The translations under genes and the position numbers were made by a program. 64,000 nucleotides of DNA, taken from positions 175,066 to 239,065 of the forward strand of contig NIVC01001774.1 in NCBI GenBank assembly GCA_002269645.1. Reading direction: 5' to 3'. Numbering within the stretch: position 1 is the first letter of the stretch; each line of letters opens with the position of its first letter. The DNA comes from Macrostomum lignano (lineage: Eukaryota). Below the pieces are notes generated by a model. It ran no database searches, was not told the DNA's origin, and saw only the letters and a list, made by a program, of their open reading frames with translations. Shown piece by piece: positions 52,305 to 63,859 of the stretch.

Positions 52305-52681
52305 ATGGTAATATACATGTACATGTACACGTGTTGCCACGCACCATGTTCAGCTTAAATCAATGGCTATTATTTTATATAAAATCGCGGATTGCTTATT
52401 TTGGGGGTATTCCATCTGGTCGACAGCCCCCGCTGGAGATGTGTGCCCTCACAATTGAACCATAGACAAAATTTTATGCAGAAATTTCTCAAAACATCTT
52501 AGAGTTCTCATTAAGTTTTAAATCGATCTTTTGTCGCAGGCCATAGACAATGTTTTAGTATGAATTTTCATTATTATTTTCTCAACAGTCAGCAAGTGAA
52601 AGAATTTGTAAAAAGGAGAGAAGCGAGTGTGACAAAATTAGCCTAACTGCTTTACCGCAGATTTGTGCTATTCAGTTTGCT

Positions 52682-52952
52682 ATGGCTGCTGCTGAGGAAG
52701 ACTTCGACTTCTCTGATTTCTTCAACTTATTTAAGAATCCACCTGCTGCTGATGCGGTGCATCCATCTTTACCTTCAATAAAGCCGTGTGGGTGAGTTGC
52801 TTGATTCGACCGACTTGGATCGCAGGATGTCCGAGAGTCTGCCGAATTCTACGCGCGCGAAGTAAAAGTGGGAAGTCAAAGTGTTTAGAACATGGAAGGA
52901 AAATCGCTACGAACTGCAGCTTAGAGAAGTGAATGGCTTGATAGTGCTATAG
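52682..52952 (+). pseudogene. Short interrupted reading frame with resemblance to Crypton/DUF3504-type tyrosine-recombinase N-termini
   Basis: ATG at 52682 after two acceptors, GTGAGT at 52792; downstream frame MSESLPNSTRAK*KWEVKVFRTWKENR resembles the 'PxNTxxxTxWAxxVFxxW' motif as I recall it; in-frame TAA at 52863. Confidence 0.35.
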
Positions 52953-54224
52953 TCTTAAAATTTTTAAATTCGAAAATTCAAGTTCAAATTCAAATTTGGC
53001 GCGACTTCAAAAGAAAAAGAATTGTATTTTCAAACTTTTTGAACGAACCAAACAATCTAACTCACACTGCTGCACTAAAAAACTCTGCACAAAAATGAAC
53101 TGCAACTGAGTAAACTGTCACAGTGTTTTAATCATGAGCGATTTTCATTGTGATCCATTGCAATTTGCAACCTAAAATAATAATGTAATGTGCCTGCAAG
53201 CAGTAATGTCACATCAGTAATCAGTATTGTCCTATGCCCTCATCCCTATGCTATGGCTATCTTAATCTATTATTAGTTATCATTAAATAGTTTATATTGA
53301 TATTTAACTAAATATAAAACAAATTAACTATTATGTTTTTTTTAGTTTTTAAAAATCTTAAAAAGGCTATTTTTCTAATATTTAAGCTTAGAAATTTCTT
53401 TTAAAAGATATTTCTCAATAGGCCTACTCAAATAGTTTAGATAAGTCAGTCAATTAAATAGTTAATAGGGCCTAAGATTACATTGCCCATTTAATGATAC
53501 CTTTAAATTTAAATAAGTTGTGTTATATTATATATTATCCACATAAACAATTATGTTAAAAATAAGAATTTTTTTTACTTTAACAAAATGGTTTATTTAT
53601 CTATCAATTTGCACTACAAAAAGGTCTTTAACCTAATATGCTTAATACATAAATCATAATTGAGCTGTTAAGACCTTCATTAATGTATATTTTTATGTGT
53701 TTAGTATAATAAAGTATAATAATATAAACTATGAATATAATTTATTGTTAATCTTATTAGCATTTTCAAATGTTTAATTACTGTATATTCTATGTTTCAA
53801 TATAGTTTTTTTAGATTAAAACACAAAATAGTGCATAGTTAACATATAGATAGCATAGATTTACTCCTCAAAAAATATTTTGATGTATACTATGCAATTT
53901 TCCTGACTATTTTTATTTATTGTTTGACTTGTAATAGTATATAAAATATATTATAATTCTATAGTCTAATAATAGCCAATTACAAACTTCTCAAGCTTAA
54001 CTTAACTATTTGATTTTTTGTTAACTACTTAAGCTTAGCTCAAATAGAAAATCTAGGCTTATTGGGACTCTACTTCTAGGTATGCAGAAGTAGCAATTAG
54101 TTAGTATTAGATCTAGTCACTATATTATAATCAACAAATGCCAATGAATCCCAATGCCAAGAAACTCCAAATTCAAAATTGAAAACCAACCAATAATACA
54201 TTTTGATCCTCTAAGGTAAATCTC

Positions 54225-54545
54225 CTTTTAAACCATCCCACAGAATCTTTCCTTAATCCATCCCAGAGTATCTTCCCTTAATCTATCCTAAATAATCTCC
54301 CTTTAATCTATCCCAGATAATCTACCCTTAATCCATCCCAGATATCTCCCCTCAATCCATCCCAGATGACCTAACCTTAATCCATCCCATATACCCCTTA
54401 ATCCATCCCATATACCCCTTAATCCATCCCAGATAATCTCTCCTTAATCCATCCCAGATAATCTCCCCTCAATCCATCCCAGATAATCTCGCCTTAATCC
54501 ATTCCAGATAATTTCCCCTAATCCATCCCAGAGAATCTCTCCTTA
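54225..54545. repeat. About 25-bp degenerate minisatellite
   Basis: Unit TCTCCCCTTAATCCATCCCAGATAA; the same unit recurs at 58698-58865. Confidence 0.92.
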
Positions 54546-54758
54546 ATACAAGTTCCATGAATTAAGGAATTTATAACTTTTAAAGGTAAAATTTCCTTTT
54601 TTCAATCGTCATTGATTGAAGCAAAATCATTAAGCATTTAATAATGCACCCATCTAACTAATAAGTAATTGTAAAAAGTCAAATTTTCTAGTTCTATTGT
54701 TTCAACTACCCACAGCTTCCAGTATTAGATTAGACCCAAACCACTCAACAATAAAGCA

Positions 54759-55220
54759 ATGCCCAGGAAATCCCAATTGAAAACCAAGAACCGCCCGGCG
54801 GCAGATTTAGACCAAGTTGCTGCCGATTTAGCCTCGCCGACTCGAACCCGGGACCTTCTATATCGCCAACCAGACGAAGATCTGCCAGGCGCCGGCCAGT
54901 ACTATTGCCTTGTGTGCGCCAGGCACATGACGGATCGCCAGGCACTGCTGGAGCATCGGCGAGGCAAGCCGCATAAGCGCCGATTGAAGGAGCTCGGCGA
55001 CAAGCCCTACGCCCAGGCTGAGGCCGACGCTGCTGGCGGTCTCGGCGTCTACAGTCGGCCGGCTGTTGGCGACAAACGGCGTCGGATTGTTGAACCGTTG
55101 AAGCCGGAGCTGAGCCTGCCGGCTGCGGGCTCGTCTGCGCCGATTGAACCGGCTGCGACTCCGGCTAAGGCTGCCAGACTGGTTGAACAGCCTATGCGGA
55201 CTGGCAATAAAGATTTGTGA
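54759..55220 (+). CDS. ZNF593: Zinc finger protein 593 / Bud20 (pre-60S factor)
   Basis: DLDQV..DL, DEDLPGAGQYYCLVCARH...EHRRGKPHKRRLKEL...PY.Q.EA.AAGG; single exon. Confidence 0.95.
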   Translation: MPRKSQLKTKNRPAADLDQVAADLASPTRTRDLLYRQPDEDLPGAGQYYCLVCARHMTDRQALLEHRRGKPHKRRLKELGDKPYAQAEADAAGGLGVYSRPAVGDKRRRIVEPLKPELSLPAAGSSAPIEPAATPAKAARLVEQPMRTGNKDL

Positions 55221-55232
55221 CGCTTAGTTAGA

Positions 55233-55885
55233 TTGCTCAGCTGCCTGATCCTTCAGCTCCCGCTAGCTGCCTGATCCTTCAGCTCCCGCTAGCTGCCTGA
55301 TCCTTCAGCTCCCGCTAGCTGCCTGATCCTTCAGCTCCCGCTAGCTGCCTGATCCTTCAGCTCCCGCTAGCTGCCTGATCCTTCAGCTCCCGCTAGCTGC
55401 CTGATCCTTCAGCTCCCGCTAGCTGCCTGATCCTTCAGCTCCGCTAGCTGCCTGATCCTTCAGCTCCCGCTAGCTGCCTGATCCTTCAGCTCCCGCTAGC
55501 TGCCTGATCCTTCAGCTCCCGCTAGCTGCCTGATCCTTCAGCTTCCGCTAGCTGCCTGATCCTTCAGCTCCGCTAGCTGCCTGATCCTTCAGCTTCCGCT
55601 AGCTGCCTGATCCTTCAGCTTCCGCTAGCTGCCTGATCCTTCAGCTTCCGCTAGCTGCCTGATCCTTCAGCTCCCGCTAGCTGCCTGATCCTTCAGCTCC
55701 CGCTAGCTGCCTGATCCTTCAGCTTCCGCTAGCTGCCTGATCCTTCAGCTCCCGCTAGCTGCCTGATCCTTCAGCTTCCGCTAGCTGCCTGATCCTTCAG
55801 CTCCCGCTAGCTGCCTGATCCTTCAGCTTCCGCTAGCTGCCTGATCCTTCAGCTCCCGCTAGCTGCCTGACCCTTCAGCTCCCGT
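55233..55885. repeat. 26-bp minisatellite starting about 13 nt after the ZNF593 stop
   Basis: Unit GCTGCCTGATCCTTCAGCTCCCGCTA. Confidence 0.97.
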
Positions 55886-56074
55886 TACGAGTATCGCAAG
55901 TGAATTATTTCGGCTTAAACATTGCATTGCAGTTTAATTGTTATAACTTTATCGATCGCAAACATAGAGTGGCCATGTTTAAAATTCAATAAATATTGAG
56001 TGGCTTTTCATTGTAAGCTGGAGATCTGCCTGTTCACCTTCCGTTATTTTTCTTTGGTTTTAAGCCTAAAGTCT

Positions 56075-56895
56075 AGCCTTAGATACCCCTACCCTCCTGA
56101 TGCTTTGTTAGATCATTAACGAGGCCTTAGATACCCCTGATGCTTTTTTAGTTCATTAACAAGGCCTTAGATACCCCTGATGCTTTTTTAGTTCATTAAC
56201 AAGGCCTTAGATACCCCTGATGCTTTGTTAGTTCATTAACAAGGCCTTAGATACCCCTGATGCTTTTTTAGTTCATTAACAAGGCCTTAGATACCCCTGA
56301 TGCTTTTTTAGTTCATTAACAAGGCCTTAGATACCCCTGATGCTTTGTTAGTTCATTAACGAGGCCTTAGATACCCCTGATGCTTTGTTAGTTCATTAAC
56401 GAGGCCTTAGATACCCCTGATGCTTTGTTAGTTCATTAACGAGGCCTTAGATACCCCTGATGCTTTGTTAGTTCATTAACAAGGCCTTAGCTATCCCTGA
56501 TGCTTTGTTAGATCATTAACGAGGCCTTAGCTATCCCTGATGCTTTGTTAGATCATTAACGAGGCCTTAGCTATCCCTGATGCTTTGTTACTCATTAACG
56601 AGGCCTTAGATACCCCTGATGCTTTGTTAGTTCATTAAAGAGGCCTTGGGTACCCCTGATGCTTTGTTAGTTCATTAAAGAGGCCTTGGGTACCCCTGAT
56701 GCTTTGTTAGTTCATTAAAGAGGCCTTGGGTACCCCTGATGCTTTGTTAGTTCATTAAAGAGGCCTTGGGTACCCCTGATGCTTTGTTAGTTCATTAAAG
56801 AGGCCTTGGGTACCCCTGATGCCTTATTAGTTTATTAACGAGGCCTTGGGTACCCCTGCTGCTTTGTTAGTTTATTAAAGAAGCCTTAGATACCC
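56075..56895. repeat. 40-bp minisatellite
   Basis: Unit TAGATACCCCTGATGCTTTGTTAGTTCATTAACGAGGCCT. Confidence 0.97.
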
Positions 56896-56967
56896 CCCCC
56901 CCGATTATTAGCTCATTAATCGAAGAATCCGTACATTAACGTACAATACTCTTCAGAGTCTCCAACC

Positions 56968-59900
56968 ATGTTCGACCTTCTACCGTTGCTAATTGCCTAC
57001 CTGGCAATCTGCACTGCGCTGTTGACTCTCTACTTTTTGTCCGACACAAAACTGCTGCGTAATTCGCCACTTAAAACCTACCTGATTCGATCCTATAAGG
57101 TGAGACAAATAATTCCCATCTGATTTAAAATAATGTTCTAATTAAGCTACTATAAGTAGAAATTCAAGTAGTTTTCCCTAAAACACAAAAATCCTGTTTG
57201 CACAGTCAACCGTTCGCCTCTGCCCGATTGCTATTCGTCGAACTATCGCCGAACTTGTCACCGTGCTGCTCTACCGACGAAATACCGCCTTCCAATGCCT
57301 GCTAGTTGGCTTGCTGGGCCTCGGCTATTTTATAATGCTGCGCGATGCTATTCCCATACTGTATCACTGGGACTACCACTCTAATCATGTGTTCTTGCCG
57401 CTGCTTCTGCTGTTCACCTGCCTGTGCTTCTATGCCTGCACCTGCCTGTCCGATCCGGGTATGTACATTTCTGTCAGCAATGTTATTTTAGTCTGCGAAT
57501 GAGCCAGTGATCCAATTGATTATGGGAATGAGTCAGTGATCCCATTTGAATCTTGGAATGCGTCAGTGATCCCACTTGATTATGGGAATGAGTCAGTGAT
57601 CCATTTGAATCTGGGAATGCGTCAGTGATCCCACTTGAATCTGGGGATGAGTCAGTGATCCCACTTGAATCTTGAGATGAGTCAGTGATCCCACTTGATT
57701 ATGGGAATGAGTCAGTGATTCCATTTGATTATGGAATGAGTCAGTGATCCCATTTGATTATGGAATGAGTCAGTGATCCATTTGAATCTGGGAATGCGTC
57801 AGTGATCCCACTTGAATCTGGGGATGAGTCAGTGATCCCACTTGAATCTTGAGATGAGTCAGTGATCCCACTTGATTATGGGAATGAGTCAGTGATCCCA
57901 TTTGATTATGGAATGAGTCAGTGATCCCATTTGATTATGGAATGAGTCAGTGATCCCACTTGAATCTTGAGATGAGTCAGTGATCCCATTTGATTATGGA
58001 ATGAGTCAGTGATCCCACTTGAATTTTGAGATGAGTCAGTGATCCCATTTGAATCTGGGAATGAGTCAGTGATCCATTTGAATCTGGGAATGAGTCAGTG
58101 ATCCCATTTGAATCTGGGAATGAGTCAGTGATCCATTTGAATCTGGGAATGAGTCAGTGATCCCATTTGAATCTGGGAATGAGTCAGTGATCCCATTTGA
58201 ATCTGGGAATGAGTCAGTAATTCCATTTGAATCTGGGAATGCGTCAGTGATCCCACTTGAATATGGGAATGTGTCAGTGATCCCACTTGAATCTTGAGAT
58301 GAGTCAGTGATCCCACTTGATTATGGGAACGAGTCAGTGATCCCACTTGAATCTTGAGATGAGTCAGTGATCCCACTTGATTATGGGAATGAGTCAGTGA
58401 TCCCACTTGATTATGGGAATGCGTCTGTGATCGCAATCGAATCTGAGAATGAGTCAGTGATCCCGGGAATGAGTCGCTAGCCAACCCAGCACCCACCCGA
58501 TCCCTATTCACAACGCCGCAGGTGAGATAACCGAGCGCACACTGTACAAGTACCAACCAGTGTACGGGCATGACGGTCAGCTGTTTCGCGACGATAGTTG
58601 CTGTAGAACCTGCGGCTTTGTGCGACCAGCCCGATCTAGGCACTGCGGTATGTGCTGCCTTGTTATTTAGTTTATTCTTTGTATGGGATTTGGTACAGAA
58701 TCTCCCCTTAATCCATCCTAGAGAATCTCCCCTTTATCCACCCATAGAATCTCCCTTAATCCATTCCAGAGAATCTCCCTTAATCCATCCCAGAGAATCT
58801 CCCCTTAATCCGCCACAGAATCTCCCCTTAATCCACCTACAGAATCTCCCCTTAATCCGCCCTAGGAATCTTTTAATCTACCTCATACGCCTACTCTAAA
58901 TTCAGCTTATGACTTCCTTCACCCCAAAGAATCTCCTGTTTTAAAACATTTTTTTCGATTTTGAATTCAGACACGTGCGACGTTTGCATCCACCGCTATG
59001 ATCATCACTGCGTGTGGACCAACTGCTGCATTGGCGGACTGAACCTTCGCTATTTTCTTGGCTTCTTAGTCTCCCTGTGCTGCGTCTGTCTCACGCATCC
59101 TGGCTGGCTATCGAATCGCTGGGTCACGTTGTCTCCGCTCATCGCATGTGGGAAGCCGTCGGCTTGATGCTGAGAATCGTCAGCAGCCAATGAATTTGCG
59201 TGTACTAGTGCAGGTTGGCGAACTATTGTTGTCATTTGAAAATATTTGAATGCAATGCATTTTTCTCTATCTCTTTCTTGAATATATCTCCCACCTTTTG
59301 TATTGTACACCGAGTCCTAGACTATCCCGCATACATCACCCATCCCCAATGTACATCCGACCCTAGACTATCCCGCACAAATCAATCATCCAATGTGCAT
59401 CCGACCCTAGACTATCCCGCACATCACCCATCCCCAATGTACATCCGACCCTACACTATCCCGCAAAATCAATCATCCCCAATGTGCATCCGACCCTAGA
59501 CTCCCGCGCATCACCCATCCCCAATGTACATCCGACCCTAGACTATCCGCGCACATCACATCCCCAATGTATTCGACCCTAGACTATCTCGCGCACATCA
59601 ACCATCCCAATGTACATCCGACCCTAGACTATCCGCGCACATCACCCATCCCCAATGTACTTCCGACCCTGACTATCCCGCGCACATCACCCATCCCCAA
59701 TGTACTTCCGACCCTAGACTATCCCGCACAAATCAATCATCCCCAATGTGCATCCGACCCTAGACTGTCCCGCGCACATCAATCATCCCCAATGTACATC
59801 CGACCCTAGACTATCTCGCGCACATCACCCATCCCCAATGTACATCCGACCCTAGACTATCCCGCGCACATCACCCATCCCCAATGTACTTCCGACCCTA

Positions 59901-60594
59901 GACTATCTCGCGCACATCACCCATCCCCAATGTACATCCGACCCTAGACTATCCCGCGCACATCACCCATCCCCAATGTACTTCCGACCCTAGACTATCC
60001 CGCGCACATCACCCATCCCCAATGTACTTCCGACCCTAGACTATCCCGCGCACATCACCCATCCCCAATGTACATCTGACCCTAGATTATAATCCATCCT
60101 AAATACTAAGAAACCCTATTTGCAGTACTTATTCTAAGTGACCATAAGCTAATCCCCCGTTTCCATGGCAGCACTTATTTGTGACCTACCCCCGTCTGGT
60201 GCTGCTTGCTTTCGGGCCGGTCCTCGTTGCTTTGCCTTTAATTGGCTACACCTGCTATCACCTGTACTTGGCCGGCACAAACCAGACTGGATACGAGAGA
60301 CGGAAATTGGCCAACTTGTTAGCCGAACGGCAGCGCTATTGTCGTCTAGGCGGCGATGTCAATGCTGGCGCCATCAGCGCCACTGGCTTCGGTCGGGGCT
60401 GGCGCCAAAATTGGCGCGAAGTTCTGCTGCCGCACGACCGACTTGGTCGCGACCGAGTCTACGGCAGCTCCTCCAGTGCAGCCGCCTCCGCTCGTCGAAC
60501 CAGTTTTTCGTCTTCTAAACGGCGAAATAACGTTGCTACTGATTATGCTCCAGCTGGTAGTACTAATAGTAGCGGTGGTATGCGCGATTTGTGA
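56968..60594 (+). CDS. ZDHHC4: DHHC palmitoyltransferase, ZDHHC4/Swf1-like; exons 56968-57099, 57206-57458, 58522-58647, 58971-59213, 60172-60594; exon 4 has two apparent 1-nt deletions
   Basis: SDP|GEIT, CRTCGFVRPARSRHC|DTCDVCIHRYDHHCVWTNCCIGGLNLRYFLGFL, YHLYLAGTNQT. GT-AG joins are phase-compatible apart from the exon-4 deficit. The subfamily call is from motif resemblance. Confidence 0.88.
57497..58475. repeat. About 30-bp minisatellite filling ZDHHC intron 2
   Basis: Unit GAGTCAGTGATCCCACTTGAATCTGGGAAT. Confidence 0.96.
58698..58865. repeat. About 25-bp minisatellite in ZDHHC intron 3
   Basis: Unit AGAATCTCCCCTTAATCCATCCCAG. Confidence 0.9.
59315..60090. repeat. About 46-bp minisatellite filling ZDHHC intron 4
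   Basis: Unit CACCCATCCCCAATGTACATCCGACCCTAGACTATCCCGCGCACAT. Confidence 0.96.
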
Positions 60595-60824
60595 AAAACT
60601 ATTATAACAAAGTTTCTTTTCAACTAAATTGCACTGGATTTCATTGCTAGTCAATTTTGTGTAGATTACCACACAAACTAAACTTGAACAAAAATCGTTT
60701 ATGCTGTTTGTTGCTACAAGTTTTTTTGTAAAGTCTGTCGAGGTAAATAAACAGTTTCTATATTATTTTACATAAAAAGTATTTTTCGAGTTTCTTATTT
60801 GGTTATTGCTGTCAACTTTGTTGT

Positions 60825-61293
60825 CTAGATCACGGATACTAATAACTAGATGGGCCACTCAGGCATATATACTTAGCAAAACAGCTTTCTACTTTCAGTT
60901 CAGTAGCAAAGAAGAATACATAAGCTATTTTATAAACATAAAGGCAGCTGAACTGACTTTGATAAGTTTAGAAGCCCAACAAAAGCTTGCAGTCGTAAAC
61001 AGCTTGCTTATTGGTTCAGCAATAATGTACATTAGCCAGTCCACTAAAATGTACATGGCAGCTTTAGGCTGGAATTCCGAGAAAGGCAATAAAATTGGGG
61101 CGGGGCGGGGGGTAGTTCGGAAAGGCGCGGTTTGAGGGTTCAAGCTGGGGGGGTAAGAGCCAATAAATGAGCCTTGGCTTTAAAAATACATTAAAATGCT
61201 TCTGTTTAACTTACTACTGAACTGAAAGTAGCTTACACGCAAATGTGCTGAGTGGCCCATCTAGATCTAGCTATTCTAGTATCTGTGGTATAG
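60825..61293. mobile_element. Fold-back/MITE-like element with long imperfect inverted repeats
   Basis: CTAGATGGGCCACTCAG (60846-60862) pairs with 61248-61264, CTACTTTCAGTTCAGTA pairs with its complement near 61215-61231, and the outer arms are also similar. Confidence 0.75.
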
Positions 61294-61486
61294 ATAGAAA
61301 CTTTATGTACAGAGACTACTAGAGACGCAAGAACTGGCTGCTTTATTTCTTGGAAAATTTTTGTTGAAGGCTGAAGAAAAAGACACTATCCAGATGGTAG
61401 TTTTTTAAATTAAATTTTAGTATAAAATATCGAAGTTTTATTTAATTAACATTCGCAATGCTCTACTATATTTTCAGTAGTGTTTT

Positions 61487-62739
61487 ATGTCGTCTTCAGC
61501 TAATCCAACTCGAGGGGATAAATTTCCTGATTTGGCGTCTGTTGAGTCGTTGGCGGACAAATTTTCCAATGTGAAAATTAATGACGGTTGGTATAAATCA
61601 CTTCTATTGTTTTTTTATTGTCATAAAGCTAGTTGTACGCAATAAGCGATAGATATTCATATGCTGTACTGATATTCACGCAGACGCCTACTCTAGCGCT
61701 TTGGCTGACGTGGAGGCTGCTCTGTTGGCTAACCAGTCTGCAACACCTGGACTGGTGCAGTTTGCCTGCCACACTAAACTGCTGCACTGTCTTATTGGTG
61801 AGTGATGTATACGATATTAAGATTTTAGTGAATAAAGAGTATTGGTGAATGGGATAGTGGTGAATTGGATATTAGTGAATGGGATATTAGTGAATGGGAT
61901 ATTGGTGAATGGGATATTGGTGAATGGGATATTGGTGAATGGGATAATTGGTGAATGGGATATTGCTGAATGGGATATTGCTGAATGGGATATTGGTGAA
62001 TGGGATATTGGTGAATGGGATATTGCTGAATGGGATATTTGTGAATGGGATATTGGTGAATGGGATATTGCTGAATGGGATATTGGTGAATGGGATATTG
62101 TGAATGGGATATTGCTGAATGGGATATTGCTGAATGGGATATTGGTGAATGGGATATTGGTGAATGGATATTGGTGAATGGGATATTGGTGAATGGGATA
62201 TTGTGTGAATGGGATATTGGTGAATGGAATATGGTGAATGGATATTGGTGAATGGAATATGGTGAATGGGATATTGGTGAATGGGATATTGGTGATTTCC
62301 CCATCCCGCCACCCCCTCAGGCTGTGCCAGTCGCCAGTCGGACGCCACCGCGGCAGCTCGCGGTCTGTCCGCCGCCGCCGGGCTGCTCCGCGCCTTGCCA
62401 CCAACTCTGCGGGTCGAATGCCTTCGCGACGAGCTGCCCGACTGCCTGGCCGAGGCAGCCGCCCAGCTGCTGGCTGTCAGCGCCGCCTCCAGAGCGTCGG
62501 ATTCTCCAGTCCGGCGTGCCCTGACCGACCTGACCCTGGCTGTGCTTGGCAACCGGGCTAAGCTGACCCAGTGCTTCGAGTTGGCTCACTGCCAGCTGTA
62601 CGGCAAAGTGCTGACTAACAAACCGGCTGCTCCTCTGCCTGCGCCGCCAAAGACTGCTGCGACCGATGCTGTGCTGACCGCCACGAGGCTGCGGGACCAC
62701 TTAAAGTCGGAGTTGCCTGCTGCCTCTGAGCAGCCGCAG
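61487..62739 (+). CDS. Unidentified multi-exon gene, 5' part; exons 61487-61586, 61684-61797, 62321 to about 62739; a probable further exon from about 63860 runs off the window
   Basis: TTTTCAG acceptor 9 nt before the ATG; two phase-1 GT-AG introns join in frame (INDD|AYSS..., HCLIG|CASRQ...); Ala/Leu-rich helical sequence. Family not recognised; the end of exon 3 is uncertain. Confidence 0.7.
61830..62295. repeat. 15-bp minisatellite filling an intron
   Basis: Unit TGAATGGGATATTGG. Confidence 0.96.
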
Positions 62740-62794
62740 GTTAGCGCTGAAGGGATTTCTTGGCTGTGGGATTTTTCTGCTCAGTACGTCGAAT

Positions 62795-63442
62795 TACCGG
62801 CTGTCTGATGACTGCAGGCTGTCAGGGTTACCGGCTGTCTGATGACTGCAGGGTGTCAGGGTTACCGGCTGTCTGATGACTGCAGGCTGTCAGGGTTACC
62901 GGCTGTCTGATGACTGCAGGGTGTCAGGGTTACCGGCTGTCTGATGACTGCAGGCTGTCAGGGTTACCGGCTGTCTGATGACTGCAGGCTGTCAGGGTTA
63001 CCGGCTGTCTGATGACTGCAGGGTGTCAGGGTTACCGGCTGTCTGATGACTGCAGGCTGTCAGGGTTACCGGCTGTCTGATGACTGCAGGCTGTCAGGGT
63101 TACCGGCTGTCTGATGACTGCAGGCTGTCAGGGTTACCGGCTGTCTGATGACTGCAGGCTGTCAGGGTTACCGGCTGTCTGATGACTGCAGGCTGTCAGG
63201 GTTACCGGCTGTCTGATGACTGCAGGGTGTCAGGGTTACCGGCTGTCTGATGACTGCAGGGTGTCAGGGTTAGCGGCTGTCTGATGACTGCAGGGTGTCA
63301 GGGTTAGCGGCTGTCTGTTGACTGCAGGGTGTCAGGGTTACCGGCTGTCTGATGACTGCAGGGTGTCAGGGTTACCAGCTGTCTGATGACTGCAGGGTGT
63401 CAGGGTTACCGGCTGTCTGATGACTGCAGGGTGTCAGGGTCA
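62795..63442. repeat. 34-bp minisatellite
   Basis: Unit GGTTACCGGCTGTCTGATGACTGCAGGCTGTCAG. Confidence 0.97.
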
Positions 63443-63681
63443 ATGGATGCGGTCTAGCGTACAGAGATAAAGAATTTCTGTAACGGGTGTCCCAAAAAGA
63501 CACTTTGTGTGCTCTCACCGTGTGGGCAGTCAGTTTTTCCTGTCACTCTGTAATTAAATTGTTCTACTAGCTTAATTACTGCACCGGCTTAAGCTCCTCT
63601 TGAAAGTTTTGGTCTGAATCAGGGGTCCCTCAACTCCGGCCTGTGAAGCCTCTATCCAGGTCCTCGGGTCCTTAAATGCAG

Positions 63682-63859
63682 GTGATCAAGTCGCACCCAC
63701 TCCAAATACCTCCCGCGCAGCCGCAGGTGATCAAGCCGCACCCACTCCAAATACCTCCGCGCAGCCGCAGGTGATCAAGCCGCACCCACTCCAAATACCT
63801 CCGCGCAGCCGCAGGTGATCAAGCCGCACCCACTCCAAATACCTCCCGCGCAGCCGCAG
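63682..63859 (+). repeat. 44/45-bp repeat x4 duplicating a CAG|GTG acceptor junction
   Basis: Units start at 63682, 63727, 63771 and 63815 (45, 44, 44 and 45 nt), each ending GCGCAGCCGCAG. Confidence 0.93.

Noticed and set aside
62795-63442. Repeated CTGATGA suggesting tandem hammerhead ribozymes or C-box snoRNAs
   Set aside because: The 34-bp unit has no GAAA core partner, no stem II and no properly spaced D box.
63619-63660. CAGGGGTCCCTCAACTCCGGCC as an hAT left end
   Set aside because: No matching right end within the window; too short to support.
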